Assembly: GCA_046543335.1 (NCBI GenBank)
Contig: JBKGZP010000003.1
Span: 6,472-70,471 of the forward strand
Source of the DNA: Halobacteriales archaeon
Lineage (GTDB): Archaea > Halobacteriota > Halobacteria > Halobacteriales > SKSH01
Direction: 5' to 3'
DNA: 64,000 nt
Shown here: positions 37,573 through 46,253 of the stretch, one piece after another
How the letters are laid out: each line of letters opens with the position of its first letter
Position numbering within the stretch: position 1 is the stretch's first letter
The notes under the pieces: model-generated
Told to the model about the DNA's origin: nothing
Seen by the model: only the letters and a program-made list of their open reading frames with translations
Database searches by the model: none
Made by a program: the position numbers and the translations under genes

Positions 37573-38466
37573 TCACAGCCGGAAGAGTCGAGTCGTCCAG
37601 AACGCCTCGAAGGCCGCGTCGAGCACCTCCCGCGGCCCGCCGGAGGCGTCGACCGTCTCGCGGGCCATCGCGTCGACCTCGAGCGCCTCGAGGGCGGCCT
37701 CCGAGCCCGTCAGGACGAGCGGCCCGTCGACGCGAGAGAGCAGGTCGCGGACGTCGTCGAGGTGCGCCTCGACCTGCTCCTCGCGGCGGCGCTCGAACCG
37801 GGCCTGCGAGAAGCCGCCCTTCGAGTGGCGCCCCTGCACCCGGCTCTCGAAGCCGTCGACGAACGTGAGCGACGACCCGTCGAAGCGCCCAAGCGAGGCG
37901 ACGTCCCGGCGGACGACGGCGAGGTGATGCGTCCCCTCGGGGACGAACCACGACCGCTCGAGGCGAAAGCGGTCCGCCCACCCCTCGAAGGGGTCGGGTG
38001 CCATCGGCGGGCGCAGGGCGACCTCGACGAGTCCATCGGCGTCGAGGTAGACGAGCGCGGGCGAGACCCGATCGAGCAGGGCGACGCGGTCGCCCAGCAC
38101 CTCCGCCGCGTCGGCCGGCCGCTCCGCCTCGACCATCGCGCTGTACAGCCCCTCCGGGGGCGATCGGACGGACGCGAGGAGGTCGAGCACCCGCCGGGCG
38201 CGACCCCGATCGAGCGTCGTGGAGCCCCGCAACGATACCTCCCGCTCGTCGCCCGCGCGCGCGAGGTCCGCCTCGAGCTGCTCGATGCGGTCCTGGAGGC
38301 GGTTTCGCTCCTCCTGGGCGGCCTGTCGGTCGCGGACGGCCTCGCGACGTCGGTCGTCGGTCGCCTCGAGGCGCGCCTCGAGGCGGTCGCGCGCTTCCTG
38401 GCAGGCGGCCAGCTCGCGCTCGAGCTCCTCGGTGCGGTTCCCCCGGTCGAGGAGCCAGGAGAACAT
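37573..38466 (-). CDS. Vms1/ANKZF1-like (VLRF1, eRF1-fold) putative peptidyl-tRNA hydrolase with an N-terminal coiled coil
   Basis: 297 aa. The first ~75 aa are heptad-rich and charged (ELERELAACQEARDRLEARLEA...RLQDRIEQLEADLA). Conserved-looking loop HSKGGFSQARFERRREEQ. Confidence 0.65.
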   Translation of the reverse strand: MFSWLLDRGNRTEELERELAACQEARDRLEARLEATDDRRREAVRDRQAAQEERNRLQDRIEQLEADLARAGDEREVSLRGSTTLDRGRARRVLDLLASVRSPPEGLYSAMVEAERPADAAEVLGDRVALLDRVSPALVYLDADGLVEVALRPPMAPDPFEGWADRFRLERSWFVPEGTHHLAVVRRDVASLGRFDGSSLTFVDGFESRVQGRHSKGGFSQARFERRREEQVEAHLDDVRDLLSRVDGPLVLTGSEAALEALEVDAMARETVDASGGPREVLDAAFEAFWTTRLFRL

Positions 38467-38497
38467 GGCTGTCCGAGCCTGGGACCGGGGCGGCTAT

Positions 38498-38860
38498 TTA
38501 CGTTCCGCCTTCGACGGTGGGCAGCTGGCCCGTGAGCCAGAGCAGCTGGCGAGCCCGAGCGCCGGTGGCCAGGAGGACGCCCGCGATCGTCGGTGGGTTG
38601 TCCACGGCGGTTTCCTCGAGGTCCTCGTCGGGCATGGCGAGCGTGCCCGCCGGTACCGCCGCGTCCCCGTGGACGGGGAAGTGCCGCCGGCCGAGCTTCA
38701 TGACGAGCGGTCGGTCGAGGTCCGCGATGGGCTCGTCGGTGCCGACGCACTCGTCGTTGAGGCGTTGCAGCTGGGCCTGTTGGATCACCGGGCGGTCCGC
38801 GTCGGCCGGGGTGACGAACATCCGACCGATGTAGTAGCTGTTCGAAAACGGCTCGAACAT
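38498..38860 (-). CDS. DUF5802-like conserved haloarchaeal protein of unknown function
   Basis: ATG 38860 (MFEPFSNSYYIGRMFVTP...) is preferred over the track start at 38893. About 120 aa. Confidence 0.6.
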   Translation of the reverse strand: MFEPFSNSYYIGRMFVTPADADRPVIQQAQLQRLNDECVGTDEPIADLDRPLVMKLGRRHFPVHGDAAVPAGTLAMPDEDLEETAVDNPPTIAGVLLATGARARQLLWLTGQLPTVEGGT

Positions 38861-38971
38861 GCGGTGTGGTACCAATCGCAACACTCGGGGCAAAAAGCTA
38901 TCGCCGGAGTCTCACCGCCGGGACCGACGCGGCAGTCACCCTTTTCCTCGTTCGCCCCATACGTCTTGTCG

Positions 38972-39631
38972 ATGGAATCCGCCGAGCTCCTCGATCTGCT
39001 TGGCAACGAGACCAGACGGCGGATTCTCGCCCTCCTCGCCCAGAAGCCGCGGTACGTGACCGAGATCAGCGAGCTGACCGGCGTCAGTCCCAAGGCGGTC
39101 ATCGACCACCTCGATCGCCTCGAGCGGGCGGGCCTCATCGAGTACCGCCACTCCAACGACCGGCGCAAGTACTTCTCCATCGTCCAGTCCCAGCGCCTCG
39201 AGATCACCATCGGGCCCCACCAGTTCGGCACGACGAACGGCTACCTGCCGCCGAGGACCGTCGGCGACCACCAGTTCAACCGCATCGACGTCAACCTCGA
39301 CCCGCCCGATGACCCCGAGGACCTCACGCAACTGCTCGAGACCCTGGACGCGCTGCACGAGGCGGCCTCGGAGCTGTCGCGCGCGCAACGGTGCGTCCAC
39401 GGCGAGATCGACCGGCTGTACGGCCACCTGATCGAGTCGGTGTTCGACGGTGGGAGCACCCGCCTCGACGTCGACGTCCTGCGGGCGCTGACCGCCACCG
39501 GCCCCGCCGCCGTCGAGGAGGTCGCCAAGGAGGCCTCCGCCGAGCCGGCGAGGGTCGAGCGCGCCCTTCGACGCCTCGCCACCGACGGACTGGCCGAGCG
39601 GACCGCGCTGGGCTGGGTCGTCGCGCGGTAG
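38972..39631 (+). CDS. ArsR-family transcription regulator with a central coiled coil and a second C-terminal winged-helix-like domain
   Basis: ATG 38972. LGNETRRRILALLAQKPRYVTEISELTGVSPKAVIDHLDRLERAGLI. C-terminal segment LRALTATGPAAVEEVAKEA...LRRLATDGLAE. Confidence 0.82.
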   Translation: MESAELLDLLGNETRRRILALLAQKPRYVTEISELTGVSPKAVIDHLDRLERAGLIEYRHSNDRRKYFSIVQSQRLEITIGPHQFGTTNGYLPPRTVGDHQFNRIDVNLDPPDDPEDLTQLLETLDALHEAASELSRAQRCVHGEIDRLYGHLIESVFDGGSTRLDVDVLRALTATGPAAVEEVAKEASAEPARVERALRRLATDGLAERTALGWVVAR

Positions 39632-39680
39632 TCGGTGCGAAACCGCATCCCTTGTGTCGCCCCCCACCGAACGGGGTCCC

Positions 39681-40925
39681 ATGCAGCCAGGTGACCGCGT
39701 GCGCGTCGAGACCGACGGCACCGTCCACGAGGGCGTGGTGATGCCGTCGTCGACCCGCGAGACGCTCGTCGTCAAGGAGGACGACGGTTACAACCTCGGC
39801 ATCGACCGCGAATCGGCCTCCGTGACGGTCCTCGCCTCCGAGTCGGAGGCGATCGATCGGGCGACGCCGAGCGGCTCCTCGACGGTCACGTTCGACGACG
39901 ACCTCCCCACGGTTGCCCTGATCAGCACCGGGGGGACGATCGCATCAACGGTCGATTACCGCACCGGGGCGGTGACCGCGCGCTTCGACGCCGACGACGT
40001 CCTCCGGGCGGTCCCCGAGCTCGCCGGTCGGGCGAACTATCGGGGGCGCGTCGTGGCGAACATCCTCTCCGAGAACATGACGCCAGCCGTCTGGCAGGAC
40101 CTCGCCGCGGCGATCCACGGGGAGATCGAGGCCGGCGTCGACGGGGTGGTCGTGATGCACGGCACCGACACGATGCAGTACACCGCCGCGGCGATGGCCT
40201 TCATGCTCGAGACGCCCGTGCCGATCGTCTTCACCGGCAGCCAGCGATCGGCCGACCGGCCATCCTCGGACAACGTGATGAACGCCGTCTGCGCCGTCGA
40301 GGCGGCGACGGCCGACCACGCCGAGGTGCTCGTCTGCATGCACGCCACGGAGAGCGACGACCGGTGCGCGCTGCATCGCGGGACGCGGGTGCGAAAGAAC
40401 CACACCAGCCGGCGCGACGCCTTCGAGACCGTCGGGGGCTTCCCCGTCGGGACCGTCGACTTCGCCGACGGCAGCGTCGACCTGCGCGGCGAGCTCGACC
40501 CGCGCGGGGCGTCCGACCCGGCGATCCACGCGGATCTCGAACCCGCCGTCGAGCTCCTCAAGGTGACGCCGGGGATGGACCCCTCGATCTACGACTGGTT
40601 GGCCGAGTCCGCCACCGGCGTCGTGATCGAGGGGACGGGCCTCGGCCACGTCCACACCGACCACGTCGACCGCATCGCGACCCTCGTCGACGACGGCATC
40701 CCCGTCGTCATGACGAGCCAGTGCCTCGAGGGACGCGTCTGCGACCGCGTCTACGACACCGGGCGCGACCTGCTCGACGCCGGCGTCATCGAGGGTGAGG
40801 ACATGCTCCCCGAGGTGGCGACGGTGAAGCTGATGTGGGCGCTCGCCAACTCCGACGAGGTCGGCGCGACGATGCGCGAGCCCCTCGCGGGTGAGCTCTC
40901 CGGTCGATCGGTGCCATGGACGTAG
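39681..40925 (+). CDS. gatD: Glu-tRNA(Gln) amidotransferase subunit D
   Basis: ATG 39681 (the track starts at GTG 39654). Asparaginase-like motifs ISTGGTIAS and HGTDTM. Confidence 0.9.
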   Translation: MQPGDRVRVETDGTVHEGVVMPSSTRETLVVKEDDGYNLGIDRESASVTVLASESEAIDRATPSGSSTVTFDDDLPTVALISTGGTIASTVDYRTGAVTARFDADDVLRAVPELAGRANYRGRVVANILSENMTPAVWQDLAAAIHGEIEAGVDGVVVMHGTDTMQYTAAAMAFMLETPVPIVFTGSQRSADRPSSDNVMNAVCAVEAATADHAEVLVCMHATESDDRCALHRGTRVRKNHTSRRDAFETVGGFPVGTVDFADGSVDLRGELDPRGASDPAIHADLEPAVELLKVTPGMDPSIYDWLAESATGVVIEGTGLGHVHTDHVDRIATLVDDGIPVVMTSQCLEGRVCDRVYDTGRDLLDAGVIEGEDMLPEVATVKLMWALANSDEVGATMREPLAGELSGRSVPWT

Positions 40926-41884
40926 CCGAGGATGCCACCATCCGGGATGCCCGCCCCGCCGACCACGACGACGTCGTGGCGATGACCGCCGACACCTGGC
41001 CCGACCGACCGGGCGACGACTATCTCCCCCGGGTATTCCCCGAGTGGATCGCCGACGACGGCCGCCCGAAGCGCACCCGGGTCGTCGAGGTCGACGGCCG
41101 CGCCGTCGCCATCGCCCAGGCCGTCATGCTCACCGACGACGAGGGCTGGGGCCAGGGGCTGCGGGTCCACCCCGAGTTCCGTCGTCACGGCCTCAGCCGG
41201 ACGCTCACGGTCGACCTGTTCGACTGGGCGCGCGAGGCGGGCGCGGCCGTGATGCGCGCGCTCGTCTTCGGCTGGAACGGCGCCGGGCTCGGCCAGTCAA
41301 GGGCCACCGGCTACCGGCCCCTCGGCGCCTTCCGCTGGGTCCACCCGGAACCGGCCGGCGGGGGAGTCGCCCGCGAGGCCGCCCGACGGCAGCCCGGGGT
41401 CGACCCGGACGCGGTCTCCGTCGTCGACGACCCGACGGCCGCCTGGCACGCCCGCGACGTCGGTTCGGGCGCCCTCGGCGGGCTCGCCCTCTCGATGGAC
41501 GAGTCGTGGGCGCTATCGGAGCTCACCCGCGGCGACCTCGAACGCGCCGCGGCCGAGGAGCGCGTCCTCGCGGTGCGCGCACCCGACGGCGTCGCCGGAA
41601 TGGCCTTTCGCTCGCGGGTCTTCGAGGCCGACGGCGACCGCCACGCCGAGTACGGCCTCGCGACGTGGGACGGTCTCGCCGCTGGTGCCGCCCTGTTCGA
41701 CGCCATCGCCGCCGATGCGGCCGCCGCCGGTGCCGAGGCCGCACGCGTCGCCGTCCCCGAGGCGCTCGACCTGCTCAGCGAGGCGTCGCTGTTCGGTGCG
41801 ACCCTCGGCGACTACCCCGAGGTGGTCGTCGAGGCCGACCTGCTCGGCGTGAGCGCGCACCCAGCGCGTCGGCGAACCGTCTGA
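40916..41884 (+). CDS. GNAT-family N-acetyltransferase with a C-terminal extension domain
   Basis: 322 aa. ATG overlaps the gatD 3' end by 10 nt. GNAT core (VAIAQAVMLTDDEGWGQGLRVHPEFRRHGLSRTL). Confidence 0.75.
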   Translation: MDVAEDATIRDARPADHDDVVAMTADTWPDRPGDDYLPRVFPEWIADDGRPKRTRVVEVDGRAVAIAQAVMLTDDEGWGQGLRVHPEFRRHGLSRTLTVDLFDWAREAGAAVMRALVFGWNGAGLGQSRATGYRPLGAFRWVHPEPAGGGVAREAARRQPGVDPDAVSVVDDPTAAWHARDVGSGALGGLALSMDESWALSELTRGDLERAAAEERVLAVRAPDGVAGMAFRSRVFEADGDRHAEYGLATWDGLAAGAALFDAIAADAAAAGAEAARVAVPEALDLLSEASLFGATLGDYPEVVVEADLLGVSAHPARRRTV

Positions 41885-41885
41885 C

Positions 41886-42161
41886 CTAGCCGCCACTGAC
41901 GGGGGGGAACAGCGCGAGCTCGTCGTCTGGCGCCACGGCCGTGTCGAGCCCGTCGCCCTCGGTCTCGACGTTGCGGCCGTTTCGCAGGACCGTCAGGTGA
42001 CTCGCCAGCTCGCCGTCGTCCAACACGAGGGCCTCGAGCTCGGGCTCGGACGCGACGAGCGCGTCGAGCGCCGCCGCGACGGTCCTCTCGCCGTCGAGTT
42101 CGACGGTGACCCGACGGGACCCGGCGGCCTCGGCGATGTCCGCGAACAGGCGCCACTCCAT
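41886..42161 (-). CDS. samp1: Ubiquitin-like small archaeal modifier protein, MoaD-type (SAMP1 orthologue)
   Basis: 91 aa. MEWRLFADIAEAAGSRRVTVELDG...LTVLRNGRNV...DELALFPPVSGG. The beta-grasp MoaD pattern and C-terminal diglycine closely resemble my recollection of Haloferax volcanii SAMP1. Confidence 0.85.
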   Translation of the reverse strand: MEWRLFADIAEAAGSRRVTVELDGERTVAAALDALVASEPELEALVLDDGELASHLTVLRNGRNVETEGDGLDTAVAPDDELALFPPVSGG

Positions 42162-42184
42162 GTGGGAGGGTCTAGGTCTACCGG

Positions 42185-43321
42185 TCAGGAAGTACCTTGC
42201 GCTGCGGCCTCGAACCGCCGCAGCTCGTCGGGTCGTCCGATCGCCGCGACCCGCTGCCCCGCCTCGAGGACGGCCTCGCCGGACGGCAACGCCAGGACCG
42301 AACCGTCCGGCACCTCCACGGTGAGGACGGTCACCTCGAGCGCGGCCACGCGGCGGCCGACCAGGTCGGCACCCGGCTCGACGGCAACCGACGCGACGGC
42401 CTCGTCCGCCCGCCGGAGAATCGCCGCGAACTCCCGGTCGACGTGGCGACCCCCCGGGTGGGTGACGAGCCGGTAGCCCGCCTCCGCCGTCATGTCCCCC
42501 GCGGCCGCCTCCGGGACGCTCACGGTCACCACGTCGTCGACGATCCCGCGCACCTCGCCCGCGGTCACGCGGGTCGGCTCGTCGCCGGCGCGCCAGATGC
42601 GCACCTGGTCGCCGGGGCTCGCGCTGTACGCCGGGTCGCCCCGAATCGCCACGGCCACCTCCCCGGGGGGGAGCGTGTGGCCGATGCCCGCCCGGCCGCG
42701 ACCGACCGCGAGGTACTCGACGCTGGCGTCGGGCGCGAACTCGACGTCGACCTTGCCGATGCCGTGATCGCGGTTGAGACGCGTCACGAACGCCTCGCGA
42801 AGCTCCTCGAGGGTGAGCCGACCCGGGAAGCTGAGGACCGCACCGGCGAGGTCGGCTTTGAGCTCGGGTCGCACCGGGTCGTAGCCGTCGATGTCGTCGA
42901 TCGTCTCGGGCAACTCGACGCGGACGACCCGACCGACGCCCTTCACGAACGCCGAGACCTCCGCGTCGATCCCGAGTCCCCAGGAGACCCCGAGGCGGGC
43001 GCCGAACACGTCGCCGACGCGACGACCACCTTCGCACGCCACGCCGCCGGCGAGGATGGCCGCGATGGCGAACGCGCCGGCTCGGGGGTCGAGCAGGTCG
43101 GTCGTCCCCCCGATCGACTCGCCGAGGGTGGCGGTCGTGTTCAGCGCGAGCGCGATCGCGCTCGCCCCGGCGAGGAGGGCGATCCCCTGGGGGAGCTCCT
43201 CGCGGAGGTACCACCGGTAGACGGCGGCGGCCGCCAGCCCGATGGCACCCGCGAGGGCGGCCAGGGCGACCAGTCGCACCCCGAGGCCGATGGCGTCGTC
43301 GATGGCGACCTGCAGCATCAC
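42185..43321 (-). CDS. Membrane protein with cytoplasmic TrkA-C (RCK_C) domain(s)
   Basis: 378 aa. N-terminal TM segments and a C-terminal TrkA-C-like segment (VAVEPGADLVGRRVAALEV...ALPSGEAVLEAGQRVAAIGRPDELRRF). Start is GTG 43321 or ATG 43318, overlapping the upstream paralogue's stop. Confidence 0.75.
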   Translation of the reverse strand: MMLQVAIDDAIGLGVRLVALAALAGAIGLAAAAVYRWYLREELPQGIALLAGASAIALALNTTATLGESIGGTTDLLDPRAGAFAIAAILAGGVACEGGRRVGDVFGARLGVSWGLGIDAEVSAFVKGVGRVVRVELPETIDDIDGYDPVRPELKADLAGAVLSFPGRLTLEELREAFVTRLNRDHGIGKVDVEFAPDASVEYLAVGRGRAGIGHTLPPGEVAVAIRGDPAYSASPGDQVRIWRAGDEPTRVTAGEVRGIVDDVVTVSVPEAAAGDMTAEAGYRLVTHPGGRHVDREFAAILRRADEAVASVAVEPGADLVGRRVAALEVTVLTVEVPDGSVLALPSGEAVLEAGQRVAAIGRPDELRRFEAAAQGTS

Positions 43322-44529
43322 GCGAGCTCACCTCGCAGCCGATCGATCGCTCCGGGCTGGCCGACCGCGACGAGCTCGTCGCCGACGCCAAGCACCGTCG
43401 AGGTCGGCGGGTCGACCTGCCACTCGCGGACGCCGGCGACGTCGACGCCGGGGCCGGCCTGGCGCGCGAGCACCCGCACGCCGGTGGTGTCGGTCACCTC
43501 GGCGAGGGTCCGCCCGGCCGCCCCGACGGAGACGGTCAGGCTCGCGAAGCGGTGGCCCGCCTCGCGCAGCCGGCGCACGGCGGCGAACTCGAGGCCGAGA
43601 CCGCGGGGGAGGACGACGAGCCGGGCCCGGTCGACGCCGAGCAGGAACCGTGCCGTCTCGGGGTCGACGGCCACCGTGACCCGCCCCTCGCCGCCGGTCG
43701 TCGTCGGGGCCGTGGGCGCCTCGGTCCGGTGGTCGGTCTCGGTGCCGCCGTCGGCGACCGACACCGACTCGAGGTCCGACCGGGCGCTCAGGACGGTGCC
43801 GGTGACCGTCCGGTCCGGCGTCCGCAGTTCGACCCGGTCGCGTCGGGCCAGGCCCGTCGGCACCAGCCCGGACACGGACACCGCCCGCTGGCCGTCGGGG
43901 ACGCGTCGCGACAGCGAGCCTAGCGGCGGGGCGGCGGCGATCCTCGCCCGGCCCTGCTCGTCGATTCGCACCTCGACCTCGGCCAGGTCGTACCGGGCCC
44001 GAAGGCGGTCCTCGAGCTGGCGCTCGATGGCCTCGATCGGCAGGTCGGCCGCGAACACCCAGCTGTCGGTGGCGATCGCCTGGCGCAACTCGCCCGACAT
44101 CGGCGGGTAGCCCTCGAGGTCCTCCACCTCGCCGAGGGGGTCGACCCGGACGCGGCCGATGCCGCCCACGTCGAAGATGGCCTCGCCGGATAGGGTGCGC
44201 GTGCCCAGCGCGCGCAGCGAGAAGCGCCGAGGTAGCGTCTGGCCGAGGCGGTCGCCTTGATCGTGGGCGTACAGCGAGAGCATCATGACGACCACCAACG
44301 CGGTGAGCAGCCGAGGGGACTGCGAGATGGTCGGGTCGATGAGGCCGAGCAGCCCGCCGTTGACGCCCGCGATGGCGACCGCCAGCACCACCACCCCGAG
44401 GCCGGGCAACGTGACGTCCGTCACGTACTTGAAAAGAAAGCCGAGGCCGCCGGCGACGAGGGCCGGGACGATCCCGGTCAGCAGGCCGACGTAGATCCCG
44501 AGGAAGAGTTCGACGAGGAGGGATGCCAT
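43318..44529 (-). CDS. Membrane protein with cytoplasmic TrkA-C (RCK_C) domain(s), paralogue of the downstream gene
   Basis: 403 aa. N-terminal TM segments, a shared central motif (RVRVDPLGEVEDLEGYPP vs VVRVELPETIDDIDGYDP), and a C-terminal TrkA-C-like segment (GRTLAEV...VLGVGDELVAVGQPGAIDRL). Confidence 0.75.
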   Translation of the reverse strand: MASLLVELFLGIYVGLLTGIVPALVAGGLGFLFKYVTDVTLPGLGVVVLAVAIAGVNGGLLGLIDPTISQSPRLLTALVVVMMLSLYAHDQGDRLGQTLPRRFSLRALGTRTLSGEAIFDVGGIGRVRVDPLGEVEDLEGYPPMSGELRQAIATDSWVFAADLPIEAIERQLEDRLRARYDLAEVEVRIDEQGRARIAAAPPLGSLSRRVPDGQRAVSVSGLVPTGLARRDRVELRTPDRTVTGTVLSARSDLESVSVADGGTETDHRTEAPTAPTTTGGEGRVTVAVDPETARFLLGVDRARLVVLPRGLGLEFAAVRRLREAGHRFASLTVSVGAAGRTLAEVTDTTGVRVLARQAGPGVDVAGVREWQVDPPTSTVLGVGDELVAVGQPGAIDRLRGELA

Positions 44530-44576
44530 CGGGGACCCTATCGACGCCCCACGTTAAACGCGTACCGCCGCGAGCC

Positions 44577-45305
44577 TCACAGGCTCCGGACGGCCTCGAG
44601 CGCGACGTCGATGGCCGCGTCGATCGCCGCGTCCGCCGCCCCCGGTAGCTCCTCGTCGCCGGTCGTCTCGCCCTTTTGCGTGCCGCGGACGAGGTTGCCG
44701 TCGACGGTGCAGATCGCGCCGGCGCGCCCGCCGTGGCGTCGGGCCAGGGTGAACACGGCTGCCGCCTCCATCTCGACGGCGAGGAGGTTCGCCGCGGACC
44801 ACGCCTCGACGTACGCCTCGGTCTCGGCGTAGAACGCGTCGTCGGTGGCGATCGGCCCGACGTGGGTGGGGTGACCGCCGGCGTCGGCGGCGGCGGCCAG
44901 CGCGGCCGTCACCGCGAAATCGGCCGCCGCGGGCACCGTCTCGGCCTCGTAACGCTTCGTCGTCCCCTCGTCCTTCGCGGCGGCGGTGGCGACGACGTGG
45001 TCGCCGACATCGACGTCGGCCTGCAACGCGCCGCACGTGCCGACGCGGACGAACGTCCCGACGCCGACGGCGGCGAGCTCCTCGACGGCGATCGCCGCGG
45101 AGGGCGCCCCGATGCCCGTCGAGCAGACGGTGATCGGCCGACCGGCGGTCGTGGCGTTGACGACGGCGTACTCTCGGTTGGCCGACACGACCACGTGGTC
45201 GTCGCAGGCGGCGGCGATGCGGTCGACGCGACCGGGATCTCCCGGCAACAGCGCCACGTCGGCGACGTCCCCCGCCTCGACGAGCAGGTGCGGCTGCTTC
45301 CCCAT
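44577..45305 (-). CDS. udp: Uridine/nucleoside phosphorylase (PNP_UDP family)
   Basis: ATG 45305 (MGKQPHLLVEAGDVADVALLPGDPGR). Motifs VCSTGIGAPSAAIAVEEL and LAVEMEAAAVF. The rest of the track ORF up to 46976 is a shadow frame. Confidence 0.85.
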   Translation of the reverse strand: MGKQPHLLVEAGDVADVALLPGDPGRVDRIAAACDDHVVVSANREYAVVNATTAGRPITVCSTGIGAPSAAIAVEELAAVGVGTFVRVGTCGALQADVDVGDHVVATAAAKDEGTTKRYEAETVPAAADFAVTAALAAAADAGGHPTHVGPIATDDAFYAETEAYVEAWSAANLLAVEMEAAAVFTLARRHGGRAGAICTVDGNLVRGTQKGETTGDEELPGAADAAIDAAIDVALEAVRSL

Positions 45306-45343
45306 GCACGCCGGGAGGCCGGCGAGCGGCAAAAAGGCCCGCG

Positions 45344-46168
45344 CTACACGCCGACGAAGAACAGGAGCAGGTTGTGCACGCCGGGAGCGAGCCCGAGGGC
45401 GGCCACGAGCAACAGCGCCAGTCGCGCGGTGGACGGGACCTCCCGGAGGAGGTCCCGCGCGAGGACGATGATGAGCACCGCGAGGGCCACCTTGAGGACG
45501 ACGAACGGCCAGGCCTCGCCGAGGACCTCCGAACCGGGGAGCCGGCTCCACAGGCCCACGAGGGTGTCCACCAGGGGCGAGCGCTCGGCGCCGTCGAGGA
45601 CGTCGAGGCCGATGACCGTGGTGACGCCGTCGAGGGTGTGGCCGACGACCACGAGGATGCCGGTGGAGCCGGCCGCCGCGGCCTCCTCGGGGAACCACCG
45701 ACGGAGGCCGAACCAGGTCGCCCCCGTGACGACCGCGGTCGCTGCCAGGGCGACCGCCGGCCAGAGGGGGTCGGGGTCGCCGGCGAGGACGACCCACTCG
45801 ACGATGCCGGCCAGGGTGAGGGCCGCCCCGAGGGTGCCGACGAACAGGAGGTCGGCCGCCGGACTGCGATGCGGACCGACGTCCGCGGTCAGGTCGGCGA
45901 GGAGCCAGACGACCCCCGCCACGGCGGCCAGGGTCAGGTAGACCATGGGGACCCCGAACAGCGGGGCGACCCAGTCGGGGAGGGCGTCGAGCTGGTGCAG
46001 CACGTGCCCGGCGGCCCCGGCGACCATCCAGGGGACGCTCGCGGCGACGATGCGCTCGGTCACCGGCGGACGACGCGCGGCGAGGAACGCACCCGCGACG
46101 AGCAGGAGCAGCCCGACCGGGAGCAGATAGGGAAGCGGCGGCACGACCGACCCCTCCGGCAGGACCAT
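45344..46168 (-). CDS. DUF63-family membrane protein
   Basis: 274 aa polytopic protein. Pattern GHTLDGVTTVIGLDVLDGAERSPL is typical of DUF63. Confidence 0.7.
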   Translation of the reverse strand: MVLPEGSVVPPLPYLLPVGLLLLVAGAFLAARRPPVTERIVAASVPWMVAGAAGHVLHQLDALPDWVAPLFGVPMVYLTLAAVAGVVWLLADLTADVGPHRSPAADLLFVGTLGAALTLAGIVEWVVLAGDPDPLWPAVALAATAVVTGATWFGLRRWFPEEAAAAGSTGILVVVGHTLDGVTTVIGLDVLDGAERSPLVDTLVGLWSRLPGSEVLGEAWPFVVLKVALAVLIIVLARDLLREVPSTARLALLLVAALGLAPGVHNLLLFFVGV

Positions 46169-46253
46169 GCCGGGCGTCCGGCGAGCGGCTGTGAAAACCT
46201 ACCGGTCCCCCGCGGGGTTTTTGGGCCCCGGCGGCCTCGGTTCGCCCGTTCAG

